From an uncultured bacterium (GTDB lineage: Bacteria; Acidobacteriota; Thermoanaerobaculia; Multivoradales; J023): a stretch of 64,000 bases of DNA. Positions 19,201 to 28,217 of the stretch are shown here, in pieces. A model generated the notes under the pieces. That model ran no database searches and was not told the origin of the DNA. It saw only the letters and a program-made list of their open reading frames with translations. The stretch spans positions 3,767-67,766 of the forward strand of contig CBDUGP010000024.1 of assembly GCA_965366625.1 (NCBI GenBank), read 5' to 3'. Made by a program: the position numbers and the translations under genes. The first letter of the stretch is position 1. The number at the start of each line of letters is the position of its first letter.

Positions 19201-20124
19201 GTTGGCGGTTGCCGCTTTAGCCCAAGCTGAAAGCTCAAAGTCTCCACCTTGGCCATCGAGGGCAACGACCCCGGATTTGGCGTTCACCCGATAGGGAAGG
19301 GTGAAGCTGTCGGCAGCCGTGGAGTCGTGGCGAAGGGCGTAATTGCCGACGTATTTTGTGTATGGGTCGAGGCTCACTGAGCCCTGCCACGCGGCGGCCA
19401 GGGGGGGAAGCAGCCCGCCGCTCTCAAAGCCGCCGTTGGCCAGCAGATTGGAGCCGCCGCCGCTGATCCGGTCGAGGGACACGTCGTCCCACCAGGTCAC
19501 GGTACCGGCCGCTGTGATCTGGAGCCGGACGCTGGCGAATCGGCTGCCCACCGGGCAGGTATGGGTCATGGAGACGGGAGTCCAATCGGTGCCGACGGTG
19601 AACGCCTGGCTGAGGAACGGATAGGCCAGGTATTCATAACTTTCGTCCAGGCAAAAAATAAACATCTTGACCGAACTCGCTGGGGTGTCGGCCTTGACCC
19701 AGGCCGAAAGCTCGAAGGCTTGCTCGCCCGAAATCGCGGTGACTGCGGCATCGGAGCTGTTGCGCCAAGGAGTTGTGTAGGCGTTGTTCTGGTTGGCGGT
19801 GAAGCGCAACGAAGCGTTGCCGGTCAAGGCCTCGGAGCTGTCGATGGCGACCTGACCTTTGGAGCTACCCTTGAATGGATCCTGCAACAGACCGCCCTCG
19901 AAGCTCGAATCGGGGATCAGATTTTCCGGATGAGGAAGCACTATGGACTGGGCGGATCCGGCCCCGAGGGACATGGCAATTAGGCAGGCGCCGAGGGGCA
20001 TGAATCCCCAAAGAGCACGGGCTCTATCCAAGAAAACATGGGGAATAGGCATGGAATCTCCTTGCTCAGCAGGTGAGCGGTGCGAGTCGATGTTGGGGTC
20101 GGAGAAGAGATTTCTCCGCTTCAA
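14491..20124 (-). CDS. Giant secreted multidomain protein A (1877 aa)
   Basis: Signal peptide. Four N-terminal repeats of a ~150-aa carbohydrate-binding-module-like domain ('FELSAWVKAD...FCLDESYEY...WWDDVSL'). A Cys-rich middle region. Five or more tandem Ig-like repeats at the C-terminus ('VQFFVDG...APY...W...PG.HT.KARA.D.CGN...EITVTV'). Tandem paralog of the 20281..25872 gene. Confidence 0.8.
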   Translation of the reverse strand: MKRRNLFSDPNIDSHRSPAEQGDSMPIPHVFLDRARALWGFMPLGACLIAMSLGAGSAQSIVLPHPENLIPDSSFEGGLLQDPFKGSSKGQVAIDSSEALTGNASLRFTANQNNAYTTPWRNSSDAAVTAISGEQAFELSAWVKADTPASSVKMFIFCLDESYEYLAYPFLSQAFTVGTDWTPVSMTHTCPVGSRFASVRLQITAAGTVTWWDDVSLDRISGGGSNLLANGGFESGGLLPPLAAAWQGSVSLDPYTKYVGNYALRHDSTAADSFTLPYRVNAKSGVVALDGQGGDFELSAWAKAATANTQAQLRIFCLDETYEYTAFPVGTQTATLGTDWQRIAVEHSCDPAAKFASIRLDTDGVGATTWWDEVRLTDKSGFVNRIPDPDFESGVLQRPFLSAHQGTVAIDTVESLTGDFSLRLTATQNHDGFTTPYQGSSEPALLALNGETPLRFSSWVKADAAGTPVQMRIICLDSAYGFGVSTGLLSATVDTEWQELELQHTCPETASFASVRLDVDENGRSVWWDQLAFGQSQNHLDVLKQHYAVYVEAQDQSFGEMQVEFQSFDHYAADELASLNTVDLHAFDPNGQFGLQTVTDSGPAGDETAIRSVWRSYTAEETQDWQERRNQAPNNVDQLAALVASAYSQNNGGSFEVEAVSSYEITAQLGSNSSTYRAMALWLRNSSTAELEYLILDPVLVGVENIDQRLEALDVAAAAQSGPGLEDYRPSYSKSGSQQCKADPFTNHYPYDGRSLKIDYQTTGETLDDVIRKTDAQGHTQGNHYFEGAVDLTCQCYENCDNVAVTQVRSLNRHETSPTYHAPGCHGMPLVVASDSSIQTANDGSAVWGKAALGSAIVECNDFGIYCYCGDVTVGVSIGSNIPGLLAEGQISFTSTSSVTPLKLAVNAQCPACKKLFNADVTVKGLANGASTTVTRSYIDDGQQHQASKTVTQFGTPQDDIEVTFNEKVPDGIEVTFDPSNSACGTASSTIRSQDLSLSIQCNSACTGTNGGLECDPVPLGGTASGIDYAEYVTITIDADDGQSSGKLIGSNGFFPLNMSAHVGTGFSVEIRNQSNEAKVCTLTPQNSGVVGEANTGNGFFKAVTVDCECPSGTTCDDPTPPSWEDSELRELIQEVTPPPTDLWPFDVGVPASNCNYECPQNMEPTWECTDVYDAQGNFLYEDCTLNQPTCKWNCEFGSTAGPTILGSTYKTTQANGLELLTLDLTARDNEDGVDGFLIWIDDQLVKGIQTPESGATGSINTTIDVSDYPDGTHQLLILALDDAQGIQTPTMEVLTFETTAGAGPCASDSAGPGLSVLPSAGSILPPGPVSIQAFADDENLVDRVKIWIDGEADTFHSEPWIRSWNATPGVHDIMVRAWDSCGNFRTLNYQLTVQADCTNDSTYPVVTLDSPAHGASLTEGVVTLEASASDANGIASVEFKVGGTVVGTDSVAPYEFDWAATPGAFSVTARAVDGCNLAATSSAHTVTVTEAPADCSTDSVGPVVQISSPIDGGQLNAGQTVSLAATAVDTSGVEKVQFFVDDNLLSADMWAPYQGSWNPGPGVHTIKARGIDHCGNMRAQEITVTVGDPSGCDVDSTDPSIGWVSPLQGDLVSPGTLDLEASAADASGIEKVQFFVDGTLIAADTGSPYGLPWQAAPGAYTLKARAIDTCGRMAASEIAITVGQANACDSDNVLPTVSVTSPANGASLTPGQIGLTANASDTNGVERVQFFVDGALIGADFDAPYATTWTAPPGSHTIKARATDLCGNLKAQEITVTVGDPAGCDADSTKPWINLVTPAAGSTLNAGTPVSLSAQASDDSGIEKVQFFVDGSLIGADHTAPYDLMWNPSPGDHEVKARALDTCGNLKADIHVVNAQ

Positions 20125-20195
20125 TGCCTAAGGCGCCATGTCCAACAAAAAAGACCCAGCCATTTGCCATGACGTTTTTATCTGTGAAATCTCCG

Positions 20196-20240
20196 GGTTC
20201 GGGGCCGACAAAAAAGGGGGTCTCCGAAGAGACCCCTCTT
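20196..20240 (-). terminator. Rho-independent terminator of giant gene B
   Basis: On the minus strand: 'ccaagaggggtctcttcggagaccccctttttt'. Confidence 0.7.
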
Positions 20241-20277
20241 GGCCGCCCAAAGGGCTCCGGTGCGGATCGCAAAAGCC

Positions 20278-22020
20278 GCCTTATTGAGCGTTCACCACAT
20301 GGATGTCCGCTTTGAGGTTGCCGCAGGTATCCAACGCCCGTGCTTTGACCTCGTGGTCGCCCGGGGAGGGGTTCCACATCAGGTCGTAGGGCGCGGTGTG
20401 GTCGGCTCCGATCAAGCTGCCGTCGACGAAGAACTGCACCTTTTCGATGCCGCTATCGTCGGACGCTTGGGCCGAGAGGCTGACGGGGGTGCCGGCGTTG
20501 AGGGTCGAGCCCGCGGCCGGGGTCACCAGGTTGATCCACGGCTTGGTGCTGTCGGCGTCGCAGCCGGCGGGATCACCGACGGTGACGGTGATCTCCTGGG
20601 CCTTGAGGTTGCCGCACAGATCCGTGGCTCGCGCCTTGATCGTGTGGCTGCCCGGGGGCGCCGTCCAGGTGGTGGCATAGGGCGCGTCGAAGTCGGCTCC
20701 GATCAAGGCACCGTCGACGAAGAATTGCACTCTCTCCACACCGTTGGTGTCCGAGGCGTTGGCGGTCAGCCCGATCTGTCCCGGCGTCAGGCTTGCGCCG
20801 TTGGCTGGAGAGGTGACGGACACGGTCGGCAACACGTTGTCGGAATCGCAGGCGTTCGCCTGGCCGACGGTGATCGCAATCTCCGACGCCGCCATCCGTC
20901 CGCAGGTATCGATCGCCCGAGCCTTGAGGGTGTAGGCCCCCGGAGCCGCCTGCCAAGGCAAGCCATAGGGTGAACCGGTATCCGCGGCGATCAACGTGCC
21001 GTCGACGAAGAATTGCACTTTCTCGATGCCGCTGGCGTCGGCCGCCGAGGCTTCGAGGTCGAGGGTGCCCGGGCTCACCAGATCTCCCTGCAAGGGCGAG
21101 ACCCAGCCGATCGAAGGATCGGTGGAATCCACATCACAGCCGGACGGGTCGCCGACGGTGACGGTGATTTCCTGGGCCCTCATGTTGCCGCAGTGATCAA
21201 TGCCTCGGGCCTTGATCGTGTGCACTCCGGGTCCCGGATTCCAGCTGCCTTGGTAAGGCGCCCACATATCCGCCGACAGCAGGTTGTCGTCGACGAAGAA
21301 TTGCACCTTCTCGACGCCGCTGGTGTCGACGGCGGTCGCCGCCAAACTAACGGTTTGACCCGCGTTGAGCTGCCCGCCGTCGATCGGCGAGCTGATCTGC
21401 ACCACCGGTCCCACGGAATCCGTGGAGCAATCCGCCGGGGCCTCGGTCACGGTGACCGTGTGGGCGGAGGAGGTGGCGGCCAAATTACAACCGTCTACGG
21501 CCCTGGCGGTCACGCTGAAGGCCCCGGGCGTGGCGGCCCAGTCGAATTCGTACGGTGCTACGGAGTCGGTGCCGACCACGGTGCCACCCACTTTGAATTC
21601 CACCGAGGCAATGCCGTTGGCATCACTGGCCGAGGCTTCCAAAGTCACGACCCCCTCGGTCAAGCTCGCCCCATGGGCCGGGCTGTCCAGGGTCACCACC
21701 GGGTAGGTGGAGTCGTTGGTGCAGTCTGCTTGCACCGTCAGCTGGTAGTTGAGGGTCCTGAAGTTGCCGCAGGAATCCCAGGCTCGGACCATGATGTCGT
21801 GGACGCCGGGTGTGGCATTCCATGACCGGATCCAAGGCTCGGAGTGGAAGGTATCGGCCTCGCCGTCGATCCAGATTTTGACCCGATCCACCAGATTCTC
21901 GTCGTCGGCGAAGGCCTGGATCGACACTGGTCCCGGAGGCAAAATCGAACCTGCCGAAGGCAAGACGCTCAGCCCGGGCCCTGCCGAGTCGGAGGCGCAG
22001 GGCCCTGCTCCGGCCGTGGT
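20278..22020. repeat. Second copy of the 1743-bp perfect repeat
   Basis: Identical to 14488..16230. Confidence 0.9.
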
Positions 22021-25000
22021 CTCGAAGGTCAAGACCTCCATGGTCGGTGTTTGGATGCCCTGGGCATCGTCGAGGGCGAGGATCATCAGTTGGTGACTGC
22101 CGTCGGGATAGTCGCTGACGTCCAATGTGGTGGAGATCGAGCCGGTGGGACCTGCTTCCGGAGTTTGGATTCCCTTGACCAGCTGGTCGTCGATGAAGAT
22201 CAAGAAGCCATCGACGCCGTCTTCGTTGTCCCGAGCGGTGAGATCGATGTTCAGCAGCTCCAGGCCGCTGTCCCCGGTCGACTTGAGGGTCGAGCCGGTG
22301 ATCGAGGGGCCGGATTTGAATCCGAAGTCGCATTCCCATCTGCAAGTTGGCTGATCGAGCGTGCAATCCTCGTAGAGAAAATTGCCTTCATCGTCGTAGA
22401 CGTCGGTGCATTCAAAGGTCGGTTCCATATTTTCTGGGCAGTTGTAGTCGCAGCTCGGCGCGGGCACGCCGACATCGAAGGGCCATAGATCGTGAGACGG
22501 CGGATTGATTTGCTGCAGGATCGATCGGAGTTCACCATCTTCCCAAGAAGGAGGTGTGGGATCCTCGCACTCGCCGCCCGCCGGGCATTGGCAGTCGAGG
22601 TGAACGACGTTGAAGAAGCTGTTGTTGTTGGTGTTCGCTGGTCCAACGACCCCGCCGTTCTGCGGGCTCAAGGTACAGACCTTGTTTTCATTGCTTTGGG
22701 CCAGGATACTCACGGAGAAACCCGTTCCTTCTGCGGCGGAAACGTTGAAGGGATAGAAACCGTCGCTTCCCACCAACTTGCCGCCGGTCTGCCCATCGCC
22801 GGTGGTGATCAGCAAATTCACGTGCTCCGAGTGGCTAATCCCCGAAGCGGTGCCGCCCAGCGCCACATCGGGGCAGGGGTCGTTTACGCCTCCGCAATTG
22901 CCTCCACAGTGAATGCTCAGAGCTAAGTCTTCTCCGCGCACAAAGGACCGAGCCTCGCCACAGGAGGGGTGAGTGGTGGTGAAGGTCACTTGGGCTCCAT
23001 CGGGCACACGACCAGGGAATTGGACCTCGATGTCGTCGTTGGCTGTTCCGGATTGTTGAGCTGTTCCGAAAGCTTGGATCAGCCGGCCATCGTCGATATA
23101 GGAGCGTTCGATGGTAGCTGTTTGGCCGTTAGCGAGTCCTTTGACCGTGACATCGGCAAAGAAGAGGCGGGTGCAGGCCGGGCATTGGGCGCTGGCTGCG
23201 ATCTTGAGGGGAATTTCGTCCAGCTCAACGTTCATGGTGATTCCGGCTTCGATCAAAGCAACGCTACCGTCTCCGCTGGTCAAGCCGACATTGACGGTAA
23301 AGTCGCTGCAATAGCAACCGATGCCGAAATCAGCACATTCCTTGAGTCCATAACCCATAGCAGCATGACCCCAAACGGCACCGCCGCCGTTGTTGGTTTG
23401 GGTGGAGTCGGCGTGGGCCACAGCGAAAGGGGTTGTATGGCACCCGGGGCCATGGTGGATCCTGGGGCTGTCGTAGCCCCGCAGGTTGTACACTCGAGTC
23501 GTGGCCACATTGTCGCAGTTCTCATAACACTGGCAAGTTAGGTCGACCGCACCCTCGAACCAATGGTTGCCGCTTTCGTGGCCCTGGTTGTCTGTCTTGC
23601 GAATCGCTCGGTCCATGGCCACGCCGGTAGTTTGGATATCGATGTCTAGATTTCTGCCGTGATAGCGGTAGGTCTCCGGGAAGGTGTCCTCCTTGCAACT
23701 AGGGTTGCCGCTCTTGGCGCGGCGGTCGACTCTCTTCGGTGCCGGACCGGCTTTTTTCTCGTTCATCGCCTTTTCCGCTAGGGAAAGCGCTTCGATTCGC
23801 TGGTCGATGTTGGCGACACCCACCAGCACCGGGTCGACGATGACGTATTGGCTCTCGCCACTGACGGTGTCCGTGAGCCAAACGCTGAGCGCTCGATACT
23901 GGCTAGAGTTGGATCCGTAGGAAACTTGAACCTCGAAGGTGGACAACCCTTCCACTTGGAAGGTAGCGGGGCTGTTCAGGATCGCATACTCCTGGGCCAC
24001 CAGTGTGACCAGCGCCTCAGCAGTGGTGGGCGCTTGAGCGATCTTGGTTTGCCAAGCTTGAACTTCGTCGGCCCCGTAGTGGCGCCACACGCTTTGGAGC
24101 CAGGCCTCCGCGGACATCGCTGGACCGTTGTCGTTGACCCCGAATTTCAGGTCGAATTGACCGTTGGGATCGAAGGCGAAGAGATTAGCGGTGCTCAAGG
24201 CGGCGAGTTCGTCGGTCTGGTAGTGATCAAAGCTTTGAAAGTCGATGTCAATTTGCCCGAAGCTTTGATCCTGGGCCTCGGCGTAAATGGCGTAATGCTC
24301 GCGCAAGATGTCGTAAGGGGTCGCGCCAAGACCGAAAGCGAGCTGATCCCACCACACGGTGCTGCGGTTTTGGTCGACATCGAGTCGGATGCCCGCGAAG
24401 GATGCGGTTTCCGGGCAGGTGTGCTCCAGGCTCAAGCGCTGCCAATCGGTGCCCACGGTGGTCATCTCTAATCCGGTGGAGATGCCGGGGGCATAGGCCG
24501 CGTCGAGGCAATAGATTCGCAGCTCCACGGGCACGTCGGCGGAGTCGGCCTTGGCCCACGCGGAGAGCCGAAGCGGCGTCTCACCATCGAGGGCGATCAG
24601 GGCGGAACGATCAGAGCCTTGGTAAGGGGTGGTGAAACCGTCGTTGTTGTCGGTCGTGGTCAGCTTGAGGGAATAGGACCCGGTGAGCGAGACGCCGGCG
24701 TCGATGTCGAGGGTGGCGCGCACCGCTCCGAGCATGGGGCGTTGCAAGGCTCCGGATTCGAAGTCGGGGTCTGGAATCAGGTTGACGAAGTGGTTCTCGT
24801 CGACGAGGCGCACCTCGTCCCACCAGGTGGTGGCACCGGCGCCGTCCGTATCGAGGCGAATGGAAACAAACTTCGCACCGGGTTCGCAGCTGTGCTCAAG
24901 GCTCACCTTCTGCCAATCGGTGCCGACGCTGAAGGTGTCGATAGCCGAGGGATAGGTGAGGTGGTCATAACCGGCGTCCAAGCAGAAGATCCGCAGTTGG

Positions 25001-25872
25001 GTTTGGGTGCCGGCGGCGGTCGCTTTGACCCAAGCCGACAGTTCGAGCTTGCCGCCATCTTCGTCCAAAGGCAGGACCGCCGCTTCGGGGCTGAGTTGGA
25101 AGGGTTGGGTGTAGCTGTCGGGGCCCGTCGCATCGTGGCGCAAGCTATAGCGCCCGATCCATCGAATAGAGCTGTCGAAGCTCAGGGATCCCGACCAAGC
25201 CCCGGTCATCGACGCCGGCAACGTGGATCCTTCAAAGCTGCCGTTGGCCAGAAGGTTGGAGCCTCGCTGCTCGGTCCGGGTCAGGCTGACGTCGTCCCAC
25301 CAAGTGATGCTTCCGGTGGTCACCGTTTGCAGGCGGACACTGGCGAAGCTGCTGCCCGTCGGGCAGGTGTGAGTCAACGAAATCGGGCTCCAATCGGTGC
25401 CCGCAGTGAAAGTGTCGCTGGCCGATGGATAGGTTTGAAAGTCATAACTCTCGTCGAGGCAGAAAAGATACAGCTTGACCGATCGACCCGCGGTGTCGGC
25501 CTTGACCCACGCCTTGAGTTCAAAGCTTTCCTCGCCCGATACGGTGGCCACGGCAGCCCGGGGGCTCAAGCGCCAGTCGAGGGTGTAGGCGTTGGTGTCG
25601 TCGGCGCTCAAGCGCAATGAGGTGTCGCCGGTCAGAGCTTCGGTGGTGTCGAGGGCGAGCTGTCCGCGTGCGGCGCTGGTGAAAGGATCCTGGAGCGAGC
25701 CGCTTTCAAAGCTCGAATCCACGAGCAGGTTCCCGGTGTGGGGCAGCAAGTCTGAGTAGGCTGGTGCGGTTCCGCCGACCAAAACGGCCAGGCAACCTAT
25801 AAGGGCAAGCCGGTGGCGCAACGCCAAGGCTCGGCCCTTCAATCGGCTTTTGAGAAAGTGAAGGTGGGACAT
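20281..25872 (-). CDS. Giant secreted multidomain protein B (1863 aa), tandem paralog of A
   Basis: Same architecture as A. The C-terminal ~580 aa (1743 bp including the stop) are identical to A. The N-terminal ~1250 aa are diverged, at roughly 60-75% amino-acid identity by eye. Confidence 0.8.
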   Translation of the reverse strand: MSHLHFLKSRLKGRALALRHRLALIGCLAVLVGGTAPAYSDLLPHTGNLLVDSSFESGSLQDPFTSAARGQLALDTTEALTGDTSLRLSADDTNAYTLDWRLSPRAAVATVSGEESFELKAWVKADTAGRSVKLYLFCLDESYDFQTYPSASDTFTAGTDWSPISLTHTCPTGSSFASVRLQTVTTGSITWWDDVSLTRTEQRGSNLLANGSFEGSTLPASMTGAWSGSLSFDSSIRWIGRYSLRHDATGPDSYTQPFQLSPEAAVLPLDEDGGKLELSAWVKATAAGTQTQLRIFCLDAGYDHLTYPSAIDTFSVGTDWQKVSLEHSCEPGAKFVSIRLDTDGAGATTWWDEVRLVDENHFVNLIPDPDFESGALQRPMLGAVRATLDIDAGVSLTGSYSLKLTTTDNNDGFTTPYQGSDRSALIALDGETPLRLSAWAKADSADVPVELRIYCLDAAYAPGISTGLEMTTVGTDWQRLSLEHTCPETASFAGIRLDVDQNRSTVWWDQLAFGLGATPYDILREHYAIYAEAQDQSFGQIDIDFQSFDHYQTDELAALSTANLFAFDPNGQFDLKFGVNDNGPAMSAEAWLQSVWRHYGADEVQAWQTKIAQAPTTAEALVTLVAQEYAILNSPATFQVEGLSTFEVQVSYGSNSSQYRALSVWLTDTVSGESQYVIVDPVLVGVANIDQRIEALSLAEKAMNEKKAGPAPKRVDRRAKSGNPSCKEDTFPETYRYHGRNLDIDIQTTGVAMDRAIRKTDNQGHESGNHWFEGAVDLTCQCYENCDNVATTRVYNLRGYDSPRIHHGPGCHTTPFAVAHADSTQTNNGGGAVWGHAAMGYGLKECADFGIGCYCSDFTVNVGLTSGDGSVALIEAGITMNVELDEIPLKIAASAQCPACTRLFFADVTVKGLANGQTATIERSYIDDGRLIQAFGTAQQSGTANDDIEVQFPGRVPDGAQVTFTTTHPSCGEARSFVRGEDLALSIHCGGNCGGVNDPCPDVALGGTASGISHSEHVNLLITTGDGQTGGKLVGSDGFYPFNVSAAEGTGFSVSILAQSNENKVCTLSPQNGGVVGPANTNNNSFFNVVHLDCQCPAGGECEDPTPPSWEDGELRSILQQINPPSHDLWPFDVGVPAPSCDYNCPENMEPTFECTDVYDDEGNFLYEDCTLDQPTCRWECDFGFKSGPSITGSTLKSTGDSGLELLNIDLTARDNEDGVDGFLIFIDDQLVKGIQTPEAGPTGSISTTLDVSDYPDGSHQLMILALDDAQGIQTPTMEVLTFETTAGAGPCASDSAGPGLSVLPSAGSILPPGPVSIQAFADDENLVDRVKIWIDGEADTFHSEPWIRSWNATPGVHDIMVRAWDSCGNFRTLNYQLTVQADCTNDSTYPVVTLDSPAHGASLTEGVVTLEASASDANGIASVEFKVGGTVVGTDSVAPYEFDWAATPGAFSVTARAVDGCNLAATSSAHTVTVTEAPADCSTDSVGPVVQISSPIDGGQLNAGQTVSLAATAVDTSGVEKVQFFVDDNLLSADMWAPYQGSWNPGPGVHTIKARGIDHCGNMRAQEITVTVGDPSGCDVDSTDPSIGWVSPLQGDLVSPGTLDLEASAADASGIEKVQFFVDGTLIAADTGSPYGLPWQAAPGAYTLKARAIDTCGRMAASEIAITVGQANACDSDNVLPTVSVTSPANGASLTPGQIGLTANASDTNGVERVQFFVDGALIGADFDAPYATTWTAPPGSHTIKARATDLCGNLKAQEITVTVGDPAGCDADSTKPWINLVTPAAGSTLNAGTPVSLSAQASDDSGIEKVQFFVDGSLIGADHTAPYDLMWNPSPGDHEVKARALDTCGNLKADIHVVNAQ

Positions 25873-26163
25873 AAGAACTCCTTGCTCCTAATGAAGCGAA
25901 GTAGGGTGGATGGGGTTGTGAATGGCACGGAATCCGATGTTGTGGTGATAGATCCGTGTCATTGGGCAGGGCGGCAAGGAGTTCAAAGTTGTGCCAAGGA
26001 ATCTCGCCGGCGGGTCGATCTAACCTTGCCGGTCACGAAGTTGGTGAAAAGTTCGGGTTCAATGAAATAATGGCGCGATTCGCAAGATCGCTCCTGGGGC
26101 GCCGGCCGCCGCCGAGCGGCCCCTGCCGCAGTGCCCCACTGAAATGAACGAAGGAGATTCACC

Positions 26164-26658
26164 TTGAAGCGCCTCTTCCCAAGCCTCGCCCCGCGTGGGC
26201 CAATAGCTCAAAAGCTCGTGATCCTAATGCTGCCCTTGATGTTCCTGGCGCTCTCCATTTCCTCCCAAGAGGCGGATTCCCAGGCGAGCGCAGACGACGC
26301 ACCCGCGCCTGCCGCCGCGGCTGCCGGCGGCGATGTCGAACGGGGCAAATACCTCGTCGAAGGGGTGGGGATGTGCGGTCAATGCCACTCGCCCCGCGAT
26401 ACCAAGGGCAATGCGGAAATGGACGAGTGGCTGCACGGTGGCCCCGTACCGGTCACCACGCCCCAGGGTTACGAAAAATGGGCCTACAAGGCTCCTCGGA
26501 TCGCGGGTCTGCCCCAGCACACCGACGAAGAATTCGTCACTCTCATGACCACGGGCATCAATCGCGACGGCAAAAAGCCGATGGCACCCATGCCTCCCTT
26601 CCGGATCACGGAAGAAGACGCCCTGGCGATCGCGGCCTACCTTCGCAGCCTGCCGTGA
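26164..26658 (+). CDS. Monoheme c-type cytochrome
   Basis: Signal peptide and a single CXXCH motif ('CGQCHS'). Confidence 0.75.
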   Translation: MKRLFPSLAPRGPIAQKLVILMLPLMFLALSISSQEADSQASADDAPAPAAAAAGGDVERGKYLVEGVGMCGQCHSPRDTKGNAEMDEWLHGGPVPVTTPQGYEKWAYKAPRIAGLPQHTDEEFVTLMTTGINRDGKKPMAPMPPFRITEEDALAIAAYLRSLP

Positions 26659-26687
26659 CCGGCGGCTAACAGGCTGCAAAGCCCAAG

Positions 26688-26727
26688 AAAAAGCGCCGTA
26701 GCGAGGATTCGCTGCGGCGCTTTTTTC
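26688..26727. terminator. Bidirectional terminator between convergent genes
   Basis: 'aaaagcgccgtagcgaggattcgctgcggcgctttttt'. Confidence 0.55.
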
Positions 26728-26749
26728 GATACCCGAGGTTTGAGGCCGG

Positions 26750-27628
26750 CTACTGGAGCCAGTAGTTGACCGTGAAGTAGAAATGCACCGCCACCGGTTT
26801 GCCCTGGTGGACGGTGGGTTTGAACTTCCACTGATAGACCCCTTCGATCGCCTTCTGATCGAGGCCGAAGGGAAGGCCTTTGATGACCTTGAGATTGCGG
26901 ACGTTACCCTCTTCGTCGACGATTCCCTGCAAGATCACCACCCCTTGGATCCGCCGTTGACGCGCTTCTTCCGTGTAGAGGGGTTGGGGTTTGTGGATGG
27001 CCACCGGTTTCGGAACCCCATCGCCGATTTCCAGCGCATCGCCGGTGTAGCGTCCGGTGCCGAATTGTCCACCGTCCGAGGGCGGTGCATCGGGAATGCC
27101 GAAGACCATCTCGGTAATATTGGTCGGTTCGAGATCCGGAATGTCGATTTCTTCTTCCACGATCGGTTCGGGTTCGTCCGGCGTGGGATCGGGAATCGGT
27201 ATCTTCTTGGCCTTCTTCTTCGGAATCTCTTGCTTAGTGGGTGCCGCTTTGGCAGGCGGTTTTTTGAACCGTGCCTGTTTCATGACGAAGACTTTGCCGG
27301 GTTTGCCGACGAATTCAGGCGCCCGTCGGGCGCTGGGAAAGGTCACGAAGAAGAGCATGAGGTGAAAAACCAGGGCTGCCATTGCCGCCCAGCGAAAACG
27401 TCGACGGTCGTTGAGGCTACCGCTTTCGAGCTGGGCGAGGATCAGCTCCGCCGAACTCAAAGCGGCTTCGGAGCCTTGCTCGTCGGTGCTCGGCGGCTGA
27501 GGCTCCGGCACTTGAGGAGTAGGCGTCGGAGTAGACGTCGCCCCCCCGTGGAGCGGTGCTGTGGGTCTGGAATCCAAGCTCGAATCAGGGCTCATATTGC
27601 GTGCGAGAGTCGTAATGCTTCCTGGCAT
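26750..27628 (-). CDS. tonB: TonB energy transducer (orphan, no exbBD adjacent)
   Basis: N-terminal TM segment. Pro/Glu/Lys-rich spacer ('PIPDPTPDEPEPIVEEEIDIPD'). C-terminal TonB domain. Confidence 0.8.
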   Translation of the reverse strand: MPGSITTLARNMSPDSSLDSRPTAPLHGGATSTPTPTPQVPEPQPPSTDEQGSEAALSSAELILAQLESGSLNDRRRFRWAAMAALVFHLMLFFVTFPSARRAPEFVGKPGKVFVMKQARFKKPPAKAAPTKQEIPKKKAKKIPIPDPTPDEPEPIVEEEIDIPDLEPTNITEMVFGIPDAPPSDGGQFGTGRYTGDALEIGDGVPKPVAIHKPQPLYTEEARQRRIQGVVILQGIVDEEGNVRNLKVIKGLPFGLDQKAIEGVYQWKFKPTVHQGKPVAVHFYFTVNYWLQ

Positions 27629-28217
27629 GGTCGGGCCTCTAGAATGAGGAGCTGTCGACGATCGGTCGTGAAGGTCAAACCCGCTCCTGGGCCCGCTATA
27701 GCGCGGACCCTATCAGAGGTTCGTTTGCAACAATCTTGCCGGATGTGTGTGGAGTCCCAATTTCGGGGCGATTGGTCCCTAATCGTGGTCCCTAATCGAA
27801 CTGGGTGGCCCGGAATGGTTGGATAGTCGCTACGGACTTTTTGACGCTGCCGCTGCTTCAGAGGTTCCGAGCGAGAGGATGAGCCTGAAATCGACCTCTC
27901 GATGGGGCAGAGTGTCCGTTTTTTTCCAACCCTCAGCAGGTTGATTCCGGAGGTCGCAGGGAGCTCTTGACAAAGAGTACCGATCGGGTCCAGAATCAAT
28001 TCAAGCTGTTGAGATTTAATCTCAATTAAGGGCCTGGATTGAAATCAAGCCCTAGGCAATAGACCTGGGGACCTGTACGGAGCAGGCACGGAGCGTTCCG
28101 ACACACCCCCCTCTCGGCATGTCGGAGCCGTCCAACTACGTCTAAGCAGTTATTGAGACTTGCTCTCATTAAGAGAATTTCTGAGATAGCCCGCGATTCG
28201 GGCCAGGAGAAGCAGAG

